A stretch of 55,784 bases of DNA, the filler included, from Sluysia triapertura (lineage: Eukaryota), in the NCBI GenBank assembly GCA_046118255.1. It is 4 parts of 4 records of this genome, joined end to end, with 100 filler letters (N's around TTAATTAATTAA, not from the genome) between each part and the next. Parts side by side here need not be neighbours in the genome. Positions count along the whole stretch, not along the records: positions 11,648 to 23,520 come from JBJNIA010147165.1; 3 more parts are not named here. One strand, 5' to 3'. Shown here in pieces: positions 11,548 through 23,620 of the stretch (the first letter of the stretch is position 1; every line of letters begins with the position of its first letter). The translations under genes were made by a program, and so were the position numbers. The notes under the pieces are model-generated. The model was not told the origin of the DNA. It ran no database searches and saw only the letters and a list, made by a program, of their open reading frames with translations.

Positions 11548-11647
11548 NNNNNNNNNNNNNNNNNNNNNNNNNNNNNNNNNNNNNNNNNNNNTTAATTAAT
11601 TAANNNNNNNNNNNNNNNNNNNNNNNNNNNNNNNNNNNNNNNNNNNN
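11548..11647. other. Artificial contig linker
   Basis: 44 N + TTAATTAATTAA (stops in all six frames) + 44 N. Confidence 0.95.
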
Positions 11648-12146
11648 TATATATGTATGTATTTCAGTCCATGGAAGATTTCTACATTACTTTCAGAGAG
11701 ATGATTTTGATTTTTTAACATTTTTAGTTATTAATCATGTACTTTATTTGTATATTGATTTTCTGAATAAACCAAGTTCGTAAGTTCTTTGTGAAATTAG
11801 GAATTATTTTATTTTTTATTATTGTTTCGACATAATCGTTTATCGTTAATTTAAAACTTGTAAATACGAATGAAAACAAATAATTTTAAAATTTAAAATA
11901 AAATTTTCCTAATATTAAAATTTATTAAAATTTTATTTAGTATCATTTATTAATTTTTAATTTTATTTATATATAACTTCTAACAATTCTTATTTTTATA
12001 TTTTATTAATTTTTTAGAAAGTATAAAATCTCATGGAGATTTACGTGGTAATCGAATCAAAAAGAATGGTTAGTTGCAGTTGTGTTGATATGGATATAAA
12101 TGTTTTATTGCTATGTAATGCTGATTTATTACATATATAAAACTGA

Positions 12147-12187
<41 letters not shown>
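12147..12187. repeat. (ATT)n microsatellite
   Basis: Perfect ATT run. Confidence 0.95.
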
Positions 12188-12189
<2 letters not shown>

Positions 12190-12340
12190 TTCATTAATTC
12201 TACTTTGATTATATTATGATTCACTAATTTGAAATAATAAAATGCTTGTAAAACAATAAACTTCTAAACTGAAATGCAATAAAATTTAATTATAAAATAT
12301 TCAAACAAATTATTTTTTTGTAATTTAGTTTATATCTCAC

Positions 12341-12478
12341 CATCGATATTATTATCGAACCAAGAAAGGATTTTGAAATATTTTTATGATGGTAAACATT
12401 TTTTGTAGAAATATTTGGTGGTAATGATGATGATGATGATGACAATGGTTTATGCTTCTTATTTGCTTGCACACAATC
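12341..12478 (-). CDS. Possible internal exon (DCVQANKKHKPL...KSFLGSIIISM), perhaps a downstream exon of the class C GPCR
   Basis: Open frame between an AG and a GTGAG donor, flanked by microsatellites. The product is not recognisable on its own. Confidence 0.3.
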
Positions 12479-12480
12479 TT

Positions 12481-12523
<43 letters not shown>

Positions 12524-14944
12524 CTTATTATTATTATTATATTTATGATATCGCTCTCTATTAGACAAGCTGTTTAACTTGTGTATATAAAATTTAGTTA
12601 CCTAATTGCCATGTTATTTATAATGTTCCTTAATTATGTTACAAGTTTGTTTAATTTAGTAAAATATATGCCGCAAAGTTCATTAAAATATAAAAAGTAA
12701 ACTGAATTTTTGAGTATTTTGTTTACATTTATCATGTTTATAAATAACACGTGTGATATGAAATTATAAATAAATATGTAATGTTTATTTAATAATAATA
12801 ATTTCATAAATTAATTATTTAATTAGTCTTTAATTTATTATATTTAATTTATTTCTTTTAATGGTGATTCAATTGAATCTATAGTTTAGATCAGAAATGA
12901 GCAACGTATTATAATGTTTAACTGATGTAGGCAAATGAAACAAAAATATAAACAGATATAATCTTTGTTAATAATTATTAACATAACATTACTACTTGAC
13001 TACTTGACTACTTGAACATAAAACAGTTCATTCTTGCGCTTTTTTTGCAACTTATTAATATTAGTAATACTTAATCTTTATGTATTCTACTGTTTAAATC
13101 ATAAGGCAACCATTATCTATGCACGAAAAATAGCGAATTTTATTAACCAAGAATTACTGAAGTAGTTATAAAAGTGAAATTATAATATTATAAAATAATA
13201 CATTTATTTTAATTAACCAAAAAAATTCAAATTTATTTATTTATTTAAAAATAATTTAAATAAATTATTATGCTTTGTTTTACCTTTGTATTATTTTTTA
13301 TTAGTACTATATTAATTTTATTTTTTACTCTTGCTTACTAAATTTTAATTATGAAATTTAAAATGTAATGAAAACATTATTAAACAGATGTTAATTGTGT
13401 AAATTCTAATAAGTTCTCGATAAGAAATATATATTGACATAAAATTTGATTTTATTAAATATTTTTTAAAATGAAAGTTATTTCTAAAAATATATTTAAA
13501 CTTGACCTAAAATTATGTTTAAAACATATATATCTAAACAAGAAACCTAATATAAAAAGAAAGAGACAACAATGAAATTTAAAGATTGTATTTAATAGTG
13601 TTTTATAACAGTAATTTATTGGTATTTTACGTTTGCAGAATATAGTATTTTTAACTAAAATATGTCGCATAAAAGTTTTAAACCAAAATAATTGGTTGAA
13701 TTAGTTTATCATAAAAATTCAGATTTATGACTGTTACATATTTATTTTTTCGTCAAAATAGCATGATTCTGTCACACACTGGATCTAAACTTTATTTCTA
13801 AATGCATCAAAATGAAATCGAACTAATTATAGAATTTTTAGACACTTGACAATACTAAATAAGATTTCATTATGAGAGTTTAGTGATCAATAAACAACTC
13901 ATAAAACATTTATTGCGGTTCTTGATTCTCATGTGTAACATGCATCATTGGTTTTGAATCCGAAGTATGACAAAGTGTGCATTATACATCAACAATGAAA
14001 TAATTTTAATATATAAATGTTTATTTTCAAAATTAATGTATCAATGACATATAAAACCTTCTATGTTTACAATATTAATTTGTTAAATATTGAAATTTTA
14101 TTATTTGATTTTTAATTAATCGACATAATTGCTTGCTAAGTTTTTAATCCTTTCAATATTGTAATATTAATCACAATAATTAATTTTAATAATGTCATTA
14201 TTTATAAGATTTTTCAGAAAATAAATAAAATTCGTCATAGAAGTTTGATTTTGGAACAATTCAGTTGTCGAAAGAGCTAAAGTACTATTTTTAAGGTCGA
14301 CTTATTATTGGGTTAGTGACACTCGCACTAGAGCGTCCAATCAGGAAATTCTAAAAATTTGTGAATAATTTAACCAAAAGTGATTTGGTTTTATTCTTAT
14401 TCAGATTATTATTCTATTTCGTTCATGAATTTTAGTTCCAGCGGCTACTTGGTATTCCAAAAAATTAAGACAAAAATAGATTTATCCTATTAGAAATCAT
14501 AAAAATGTAATAACATGAATGACTGATTATCAGTAAATTATTCCATAAATTTCATGGTTAATTGTTCTCCAGTTGATAGTGTCGATAAAACCATAATGCG
14601 ACTTTAATTAGTATTTCTAATTTTTGAAATAATCAAACAGTGTTCCATTCTCGAAACAAATAAATGTTTATCCAACCTAATTAGGCAATAATAATATATT
14701 AATTTATATTGCGTTAATATCTACTCAAATTAATTTTTCACTATAATATTTCTGTAATAGAAAGAACTTCGTCGTTTTAAATATTTCATAATATTTCAGT
14801 AATTTAAAATTATCTGCTCGATAGTTGTACATTTTACTATAACTGGATTCTATATCTTAATGACATGCATTTTTTTCAAATTTTTATTTATTTCCAATAG
14901 ATATTTAGGACTTACACAATATAAGCTTTTATAGATTATTGTCA

Positions 14945-16677
14945 TAATTGAAGGAAAACTTTGAAAAAAGAACAACAATAAAGTCGCTATTTACTCCCAT
15001 ACTTTAACCAATAATCGTGTCCTTGAGGCTAGTTATCAAATTTCTTTATTCATCGCCAAAACTGGAAAAAATCACACTATATGAAAGAATGTATCAGCAT
15101 TTCTTAAAACGGTTCTTGAATAAGATGACATGGATGTAAAAGCTGTGCCACTCAGTAAAAATACTGTTAGCGGAAGAATATATGAAATGAGTGAAGATAT
15201 TGAAAAACAACTTATTGAAAAGCTGAAAACAAGAAAATTTTCAGTGCAAATGGATGAATCAACTTTGAGAGATAATGAGGCAGTATTGATAACTTACGTA
15301 AGATATATTGATAAAGGGCATTTTGCGAAAAAAATGTTCTGTAAAAGATTAGAAAACACCGCTATTTCCAAAGATATATTTAATAAGCTAAAAAAAAAAC
15401 TTAGATGTTAATGATATACCAATGAAAAATATAACATCTCGTGCTGCAGATGGTGATCTTAATATGATGGGCAAGAAAAATGGCTGCTTAAAATTGATAA
15501 GAGATGCGAATCCAGAAATGATTATTGTGCATTGTGTTATTCATAGTAAAACTTGGTAGCTAAAAACATTTCGTTTGTTCTAAACGAAGTATTACATATT
15601 GTAATAAAATGTGTTAATGTTATTAAAGCTAGTGCCAAATGTGAGTCTTTTCAAGCTATTTTGTGAAGAACAAAATGAAGACCATGTGAGGCTTTTACTT
15701 CATACTGAAGTAAGGTGGCTATCTAAAGGAAACTGCTTGAAAAGATTTATGGAACTGCTTGATACTCTTAGTGATTTTTTAAGCGACAAACCAGAAATGA
15801 AGCATCTATTAACAATCGATGGTGAAGCCTTTGTGAGTTATTTAGTCGATATCTTTGAAAAACTAAATATATTAAATAAGCAACTTCAAGGAACAAATAA
15901 AACTCTTGTCGAGGCAAAAGCGAAGATAATTGGTTTCATTACCAATATTGAGTTATGTCAGAAACATATTAACAACAAAAACTTTGAACAGTTCCACTGG
16001 CTCAACTGATACCACTCTACTTGTTGTTGTAAATCATTTGAATAATTTATCGGCCTATGTAAAAGAAAGATTTTTAGATTTAAAACAAATTGATTTCCCA
16101 ACATGGATGATGCAGCATCAAGCCGAACTCGCCGAATTGCTAAATGATGACTCAGTTAAAACTTTATTTAGTATAAAAGGTGCGAGGAAACGGAAATCAA
16201 ATATCCAAACTCAACCAAATGCGCAAGCAAACTATTACTACCGTTTCAATCTTCATTTTTGCTGAATGCGGATTTAGTGCTGTAAATGGTTTACTGATAA
16301 AAAAGAAATAGGTTGGATGTAACACAACGTGGGGATTTGAGACTGCAACTAACCAAATTGGAACCCAATATAAAATCTCTGCAGCAAGCATCAAGCGCAA
16401 GGATCTCACTAAATTAAAATAGCAAATTAATATAGAAAAAATATCATTATTAAAATTATTTGGAATTTGAATTTCAGTTTTTCATTATGTTTTGAAATTT
16501 TATGTACTGTGTTTTGTTAACAATTTGATAGTGATTTATTCCTAGAATCCATCATTTTTGTTTCTTACGCGAACAAATCAATTTTTTAATGTTGAATATT
16601 ATGTATTTATATAGGGGAGCATACAAAGTTTAGAAAGGTTAAATTGGGACATAGCACAAAAAAGTTGGGAAGCACTG
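14945..16677 (+). mobile_element. hAT Buster/Charlie transposon (ZBED8/SCAND3-like transposase), 5'-truncated and frameshifted
   Basis: PLSKNTVS.RI, FSVQMDEST, YVRYI, CAADG-like, VHCVIH, HTEVRWLSKG, LNKQLQG, AECGFS and KHQAQGSH* motifs. 3' TIR GTTGGGAAGCACTG ends at 16677 and is followed by the Charlie-type target CTCTAGAT. Confidence 0.93.
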
Positions 16678-16684
16678 CTCTAGA

Positions 16685-16990
16685 TGTTTTCACCTTCACT
16701 TCTCTGATTCCTTTTTCTACTTATTCATGTTAATTATTACTATACTAAACTTATTCTTAATACCAATAAAAATGATTTTATTTCTCAAATATTTTAAAGA
16801 TTTTAAATACTTTATAATGTTACTAAAAGATTTCAAATGCTTATCAATGTTCTAAGAATACTTAAAGGTTATTAAAGTCTTAAACGATCTAAAGGTTCAC
16901 AAGTTGATAAGAACCTTAATTCTTCGAAAGGTTTTCCAAGTCCATTTCAAGCCTCCATAAAGGTATTTCATAGATCTTTCGAATGTCAAG
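16685..16990 (-). repeat. Dispersed repeat (possibly LTR-like), related to 44994-45310
   Basis: The reverse complement shares TTTAAAATATTTGA(G/C)AAATAAAATCATT and GTAGAAAAAG(G)AATCAGAG with 45218-45297. Both copies end in AACA. Confidence 0.55.
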
Positions 16991-18139
16991 TTATTTTTTA
17001 GCTGTTAACATTATTATAATTGTTTTAATTTTTATGATTCTTATTTCAACGCTACTTATAATGTTCAGTCTTTCACTTGGTATCAGCTCTTTCTTTATTT
17101 TACAGTTTTATATGTTTCTCAGTCATTTCTTGATACACAGTTGAGAAATCTCAACAGTCTGTTGCGCCTTTGAATTTATTAACAATACCTCGATATTTAA
17201 TTAACTCTAAATTTCTATATATGTTCAGTAATCGTAAAATTATTGATTATTCTCTAATTGCAGTAAACTTTCAGTGTTCAAAAAATAAATTATAATTGTC
17301 ATTATAAATTAAAGTCTTTACGAATCCAACTAACTGTTACCTCTTAAATCAATAATAACAACAATCCAATATTAATTTAATTCACTTAAATAAAATCCCA
17401 AATGGATTCAATATTCACTAAATCAAGCATATTTATCTCAATTTTTCTTATCTTAGTAATGATATTTATTTATTTATTATTTTCAAATCAAATAACAATA
17501 AAAATCAAATGCAAGAATATGAGTAAAATAACTATAATCAAAAATCGTCAGTAGTTCTGTTTATTAGCCATATTAAGCATGCAATAATACGTCCAAAGAA
17601 AAACCAAAGGTAACGCAACAACACTTTAAAAATATCAGTATCTAAAAGTTGATACTGATAATTATTAAATAATTTCGAACACCCTTGTTCTATCTTAATT
17701 GCAAAAAGGATTTAAAAAAATAATACGGCCAGGGAGCATCCCGAAAATAATATTATTCTATCACTTACAAATTGCATAGCTTTCTTTTAAACACTTAATC
17801 TTACTTACAAAATATCTAAGTCTAATATATACGATTTACATCACTATTGGAGATGTACTATTAGGATTTTTTACAACTTAACTTAATCAACTTTAGAAAA
17901 GCTTTTTTTATATGACAATAATTAATCGCTTGTAACTCTTCAATGAATACAACCCTTTACAAGTTTTTGTTTAATTAAAATTACAGATTTTATAATTAGG
18001 CAACCCGTATTAAGGTGTTGCGCAACAAAAATGATTTTATTAGTTTATTACACTATCGATTAATAACAATTTAACTCTCTTAAAGTATATTATCGACGAA
18101 GAAAAAACTAATTAAATTCTTACAAAGTTTAAAATTATA

Positions 18140-18655
18140 ATAACGATTATATTCGAAAATTTATTAATAAAGAAACAGCTAAACTTATTGTTCACTCATT
18201 GATAACTAACAACATGGATTTTAACAATGGTTTGTGTGCTCAATTTCATACAGAAAAGTGAAAAAATTACAATTAATAATTAATCAAGCAGCAAGACTAA
18301 TTCTCCAAGTTGGAAGAAGATATCATGTAATATCTTATCTTAAGGAATTACATTGGTTACCAATAAAAGCAGGAATAGAATTCAAAATCATGACAATAAC
18401 TTGAAAATGCTTACACTATGGAAGTCCCGGATATCTTTTAGAAATAATAAAATAATTGGAAACCAAGATGAATATTTCATTGAGACATAATAATAATCTA
18501 TAGAGAATCCACAGCGATAATAAGAGCTAAGTGATAGGTTGTATATCGTTTATGTTTCAAAAATATTCAACTAGTACTACCAGAGAATGTCAAATTACTG
18601 GAAGATTATGAAATATTTAAAAGGCAAAGTTCTTTCTGTTTCAGAAATATTGTGG
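18140..18655 (+). mobile_element. L2-clade LINE 3' end (RT C-terminus)
   Basis: IRKFINKETAKLIVHSLI...KLQLIINQAARLI...ELHWLPIKAGIEFKI...GSPGYL. The LHWLP motif is typical of L2. Confidence 0.85.
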
Positions 18656-18754
18656 TAAGTATTTACTTTTCAGTAAATATGAGGTGATATAAATTAATAT
18701 ATCATTATTATTATATAATTAATAATAATAATTATATAATAATAAAATAATAAC

Positions 18755-19024
18755 CTAGTATAAAACTTCCAAAACTCCGTCATTGGATGAATAAGTGGAA
18801 CAATACCGATTGATCGTTGTAACATTACATTTCGTGATGTAATTCCGAACCAATTTTTACCGATCCATGAATCAGTACCTAACCAAATTAGATCTGTGGA
18901 AATGTCATTTGGATGTTGTTGAGCATAAACGAGCAGTTGTCGGGCGACGGGTTGACTTAACAACGTCAAAATTAACTTCACACGACCCCATTTATGATGA
19001 TGTTCTTGAAGAAAATAATATTAA

Positions 19025-19069
<45 letters not shown>

Positions 19070-19157
19070 CAATACAGACGCACTGCTACGCTACGGACAC
19101 TTATCGATGTTAGATTACCAAAATCAACACGAAAAAATTTAATATTATTATAATCTG
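18755..19157 (-). CDS. Two exons of a class C GPCR (metabotropic glutamate receptor-like Venus flytrap domain): about 19157-19080 and 19004-18755
   Basis: VKLILTLL....ARQLL.YA.......LIWLGTDSWIG......SIGIVP....MTEFWKFYTR matches the class C pattern ARVVV.F.....R.LL.A....F.WIGSDGWG.....GA.TI.P.....FD.YF. AG and GT boundaries are phase-compatible across a 75-bp intron. Confidence 0.7.
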
Positions 19158-20036
19158 CTATAATAATATAAAATATTATTATATTATTTATTCTGGTCCT
19201 TTGCTTAAAGTTTTTTATTTTTTTATTCTGTGAGCTCATTACAATCTTAGACCTACTCACTTAAGGGTTAAGTTGTAAGCATTGGAAGTGCAAATGTATA
19301 TTTTGAAAAAGCTTATTTATATGTTAAATTTATAATAGTTTATATGGTATTTGTCTGAGTTTTAAAATTTATTGAATGTGTTTAGAATATTACACTGAAT
19401 CACAACAATTAAATTGTTAAAGTGAATAAATTTTTTATTCAATGAATTTTAATTCAATTCGCAAATTTTATTTTAAGTAATAATTTACTACCGTGTCTCA
19501 AAAACGGTAAACCTTACTAATCGTTTTCAAATGATATTTAAGTTGATTTTTCGACCAAGTAAAATCGTCGACCTTATTTAAAGGAACAAGTCTTTTTGAA
19601 ATAAAAGAAAAATGTATTATAATCAATTACATTTTTTTAAAATGAATATATATATATATAATTATGGATATATTACTTTATAATCTAAGTTTTTAAATTT
19701 AGTAAATAATTACCACTTCTATTAAAAAGGGTTGTGAAAATCTCTTTTAAATAAATAAAGTAGAAAATTGCTCACTAGTTAAAATAGTAACTCTGATAAA
19801 ATTATCTTTTAGAAACAATATATAAGTAAAATTTATATAACATAAATATAATTATTGATTTTAAGCGACATTCTATAGGTTAAGATTAGCAAATTATTTT
19901 TGTTTATTATTACATCAAAAAAATTAACATTTTCTTTAACAAGTGATTAAAATTTAACGTGAAAATCATAACAAATTTTTTAATTATCAAACTAGGCTTA
20001 AGGCCTTAATAAATAACAAGCTTAACGAAACGAAAT

Positions 20037-20430
20037 TTAACATTTTATTCGTAAAAACAATAAAACATTGAAAGGACAGGTATGAATAGCACAGATAAGC
20101 AGTATCAAATGTCGGAATTTTATTACTTCATTCTCCTTAGGACAAAAATGCGTATCATTTAGTGCATTATCAATGTAAGAGTTAGATCTTTTTATAGTCC
20201 AAATACGTACTACTTCGTTTCCATAACAAGACGGCATCGAATCTTTTTAGCAGATTAACACATTTAGGTATGTTTAAATATGTTGTTTGCTGAGACAGTT
20301 CATAAGGCATGTAACAAAGTTGGATATCATAATGATAACAAATAAGGTCTGTACCTCCATGTATTGAATAATAGAAATTTCGAAATAAGACAACAATAAA
20401 TGTAAGATAAATAGTGTTCACTGCTTTCAA
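20037..20430 (-). pseudogene. Small secreted Cys-containing protein, Ly6/three-finger-like, frameshifted
   Basis: ORFs 20182..20430 and 20037..20237 join by removing one A near 20247. Signal-peptide-like N-terminus, LICYHY (cf. L.CY.C), spaced Cys residues, and a C-terminal ICAIHTCPFN. No in-frame ATG. Confidence 0.3.
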
Positions 20431-20776
20431 TATATTACAAAAATAAATCCTTAAATTGATAGATACGTGAATCAGCCCAATTTCTTGGCACGATTAGTTA
20501 AAATGTAAATAAATTTGATTTTTGATAATTTTTTAAATATTTAATTTTAATAGTTTTTAATTTTTATTATTTTTAATTTCATTGTTTCTTGAATTTTCAA
20601 CGAATTATTCTGTTCATCTACGAAATTAGAAACTGACTGAATCTGTTTAAAATAATCGCCATTTTCCTCCTCTTCCTCAGTAAAAGAAAATCAAGTAATT
20701 GATCATTAGTGTCATCTGATTTTGATAATGATGATGAATAAATGATTTTGTAATCGTTTTGGAATGTGTCATCGAT

Positions 20777-21994
20777 TTACTGATTCAATAGTTTTGTATT
20801 AACTGAAACATAAAAGATGTAAACGTTTTTTAATCGATCAAAACGATCCAGTAGTGATCCACGTATGTTAGGATGTTTAGAGCGGACTAATGCTTTATTC
20901 ATTTCTATTAACTCGTCTTTTAGAGAAGTAATTTCGATACGGGTTGGTTGTGAACTTAGAAACAACTTTTGCAACATATCTATACATCTAATAAGCAACT
21001 TACCAACAGTCTGCCATTTATTGCCAAGATTCATTTCATAGCTGCATCAGCCTTCATTTTGTATTGATTGTAATGAGAACTGTAATTGTAAAACTGCACA
21101 TTCGAGTGATCCAATTCTCGAATAACTAATCGACATGGGACATTTTTATTGTCTCGCTCTTTCATAGAACTCAAATTTTCGTAGATTCCACTTAAATTCA
21201 ACAGAAGCCCTGTTAACAAGTCGTCTAGATCTTGGAAAGGTTTGTGCTGAGAATCTGAATACGACTTTGAATGCTGTGACTTTTGACTGCGCTAAGAAGT
21301 TTGACTTGATACGGACACTGATCGTGACTGAACAGTTTTCAGTAGTTCTTGGTCTTTGTGCTTAGCCAATTCCAAGATTTGAGACCATAGTGTTATAATT
21401 TTGTTGATTTTTTCCATCCTGGTAATTCTGTGGTAAGTCTCGCTGTTTATTTTGATAATGCAAATCTTTTGGACCATCCAATACACCACTTCATGCATTT
21501 AATAGATCGACGAAACAGTTGAATGTTTGAATTTCACTATCCACAGAAACATAAATAGATAATTTTGATTCTGTTTCAATAATGTTGTCGACCCATTGTA
21601 ATAGTTGATCAGATCCACTATTATTTATATCCCCTAAACGACCAAAATAATGATCAATGTCGGGTATAAATGTTTTGATTTCGTCGCAACAGTTGCTTCA
21701 TTCTGTGTAACATGGTGTCCAGATCGTCTTATATATTATCATATTTCTCTTGCAATTTATAGACTTCAGATTTCAAATCATCTTTGGGATCAACTTGAGT
21801 GCCATCTTTGGACATCATTTCAAATGTAGTCATCAATGTTTTCTTTTAGAACTCCCAAATTCTGTGCAGTATTGGACGAATGATAATCAGGACTATTCGT
21901 AGTCCGTACGAAAGATGTTGTTCTAGTGATTGCAGAATCCATCCAGGTCCACAACGTGCTGATTTCTTTAATCGACAATAATATCAACTGTTTC
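20777..21994 (-). pseudogene. Spectrin-repeat-like protein pseudogene
   Basis: Recurring helix-A Trp motifs (LWTWMDSA, QWVDNIIETE, VVYWMVQK) and helix-C motifs (IITLWSQILELAKHKDQEL, LGNKWQTVGKLL). ORFs 21292..21498 and 21031..21219 share a frame separated by one TAG, and there are several frameshifts. Confidence 0.55.
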
Positions 21995-22493
21995 TTTAAA
22001 CAGTTTCAAACATGTATAAAATAATTTATTGATTAACACATAAATAAATATATACATAAACTGGGAAAACAAAATAATAAAAAGAGAGATTGATAATAAG
22101 GATAAAAGGAATAATTATGTGATTATTATATGTTTAAAAATAATGGTATTGTTGATGTTAATATGAAAGTTATTATAAAAGTTATTATTTGATAATCATA
22201 TTATATAACAATGACAATGATTATTATATATTTAATACGATTGGATTTGTTATAAAAATAGCTATAGTTCATGATGATTAGGTTTGTTTTTTGAATGAGT
22301 CAAGTAGTTTGTTTAATGTTCTGTGTATGTAAGAAATGTTCATATGTGATGAAGTGTGATTTCCCTACAAACAAATTATTTTTAGAATCTATGATTGAAT
22401 GATTGACAAATCAATAAAAATAACGTTATCGAATATTGTAGCATTTTTCGTTACTTATAAATTAAGTAAATAATTTAAAATACAAAAACACCC

Positions 22494-22494
<1 letters not shown>

Positions 22495-22548
<54 letters not shown>
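22495..22548. repeat. (AAT)n microsatellite
   Basis: Perfect AAT run. Confidence 0.95.
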
Positions 22549-22549
<1 letters not shown>

Positions 22550-22625
22550 GATGATAATGTTGGGATATAAAGTGTTATAGAATAATAATAGTATAATTGA
22601 CTATAATAAAACAAAATTGTTAGAC

Positions 22626-22676
22626 GGGGCTGATAACTCAGTGATCAGAGTTACGAACTGCACAGCGCTAAATCGT
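22626..22676 (+). mobile_element. tRNA-derived SINE head or tRNA pseudogene 5' half
   Basis: GGGGCTGATAACTCAGTGATCAGAG resembles a tRNA acceptor arm plus A-box (TAGCTCAGTGG.AGAG). It is truncated before any B-box. Confidence 0.45.
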
Positions 22677-23153
22677 GTGTGTATTTACAACAAGTCTAAA
22701 TATGGTAGGAGTTTATAAGATATAAAATATCAATAAAATGCTTCGAAAAAGAATTCTGAGTCAAATATTACAAATATGAAGTTTTTTCGATGAATTAATG
22801 TTTGAAATGAATTTTCGAATCAAAAGAATTTGGTTTATGAAAATGGATTTAATAATAATTGTTGATCGTGTACAATTTATTGATGAATCTTTTTATAGTG
22901 TAACTAATGCACTTCAGCACTTTTTACATATTGAATTATTTGACCTCAATGATCTGTAACATTTTATTAAGTACTTTAGTACTTAGTAAAGTTATATTAA
23001 TTTAATAAATACTGTGTTATTTAAATAAAATCATTATCAATAAAGCTTTTGCATTCATTATCATTATTATCATTATTATAATTTTACGAAAATTATTATT
23101 TAAAGTATTATTATAATATTATTATTCTGAAAAATTTAATCTAAAGAAGATAA

Positions 23154-23303
23154 NNNNNNNNNNNNNNNNNNNNNNNNNNNNNNNNNNNNNNNNNNNNNNN
23201 NNNNNNNNNNNNNNNNNNNNNNNNNNNNNNNNNNNNNNNNNNNNNNNNNNNNNNNNNNNNNNNNNNNNNNNNNNNNNNNNNNNNNNNNNNNNNNNNNNNN
23301 NNN
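23154..23303. other. Scaffold gap
   Basis: Run of N without a linker core. Confidence 0.95.
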
Positions 23304-23520
23304 AATAATAATGGCAATAATCATGACGATAATAATAATGATAATAATGATAATGATAATAATAATGATAAAAATATTATAATAATAATCATGACGATAA
23401 TAATAATGATAAAAATAATATTATAATGATAATAATGGCAATAATCATGACGATAATAATAATAATGATAATGATAATAATAATGATCATTATAATGATA
23501 ATAGTAATGATCATTATAAT
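23304..23520. repeat. AAT/GAT-based minisatellite with higher-order unit AATAATCATGACGATAATAATAAT
   Basis: The unit recurs three times within an AAT/GAT matrix at the contig end. Confidence 0.85.
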
Positions 23521-23620
23521 NNNNNNNNNNNNNNNNNNNNNNNNNNNNNNNNNNNNNNNNNNNNTTAATTAATTAANNNNNNNNNNNNNNNNNNNNNNNN
23601 NNNNNNNNNNNNNNNNNNNN
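23521..23620. other. Artificial contig linker
   Basis: 44 N + TTAATTAATTAA + 44 N. Confidence 0.95.

Noticed and set aside
11592-11603. TTAATTAATTAA repeated three times at long spacing
   Set aside because: Assembly linker, not a biological repeat or target site.
21292-21294. In-frame TAG as evidence of stop-codon reassignment
   Set aside because: The same region has frameshifts, and the intact genes end normally (AK with TAA, Shc with TAG).
22700-22960. Short coding-looking stretch followed by AATAAA
   Set aside because: Internal stop and no recognisable homology.
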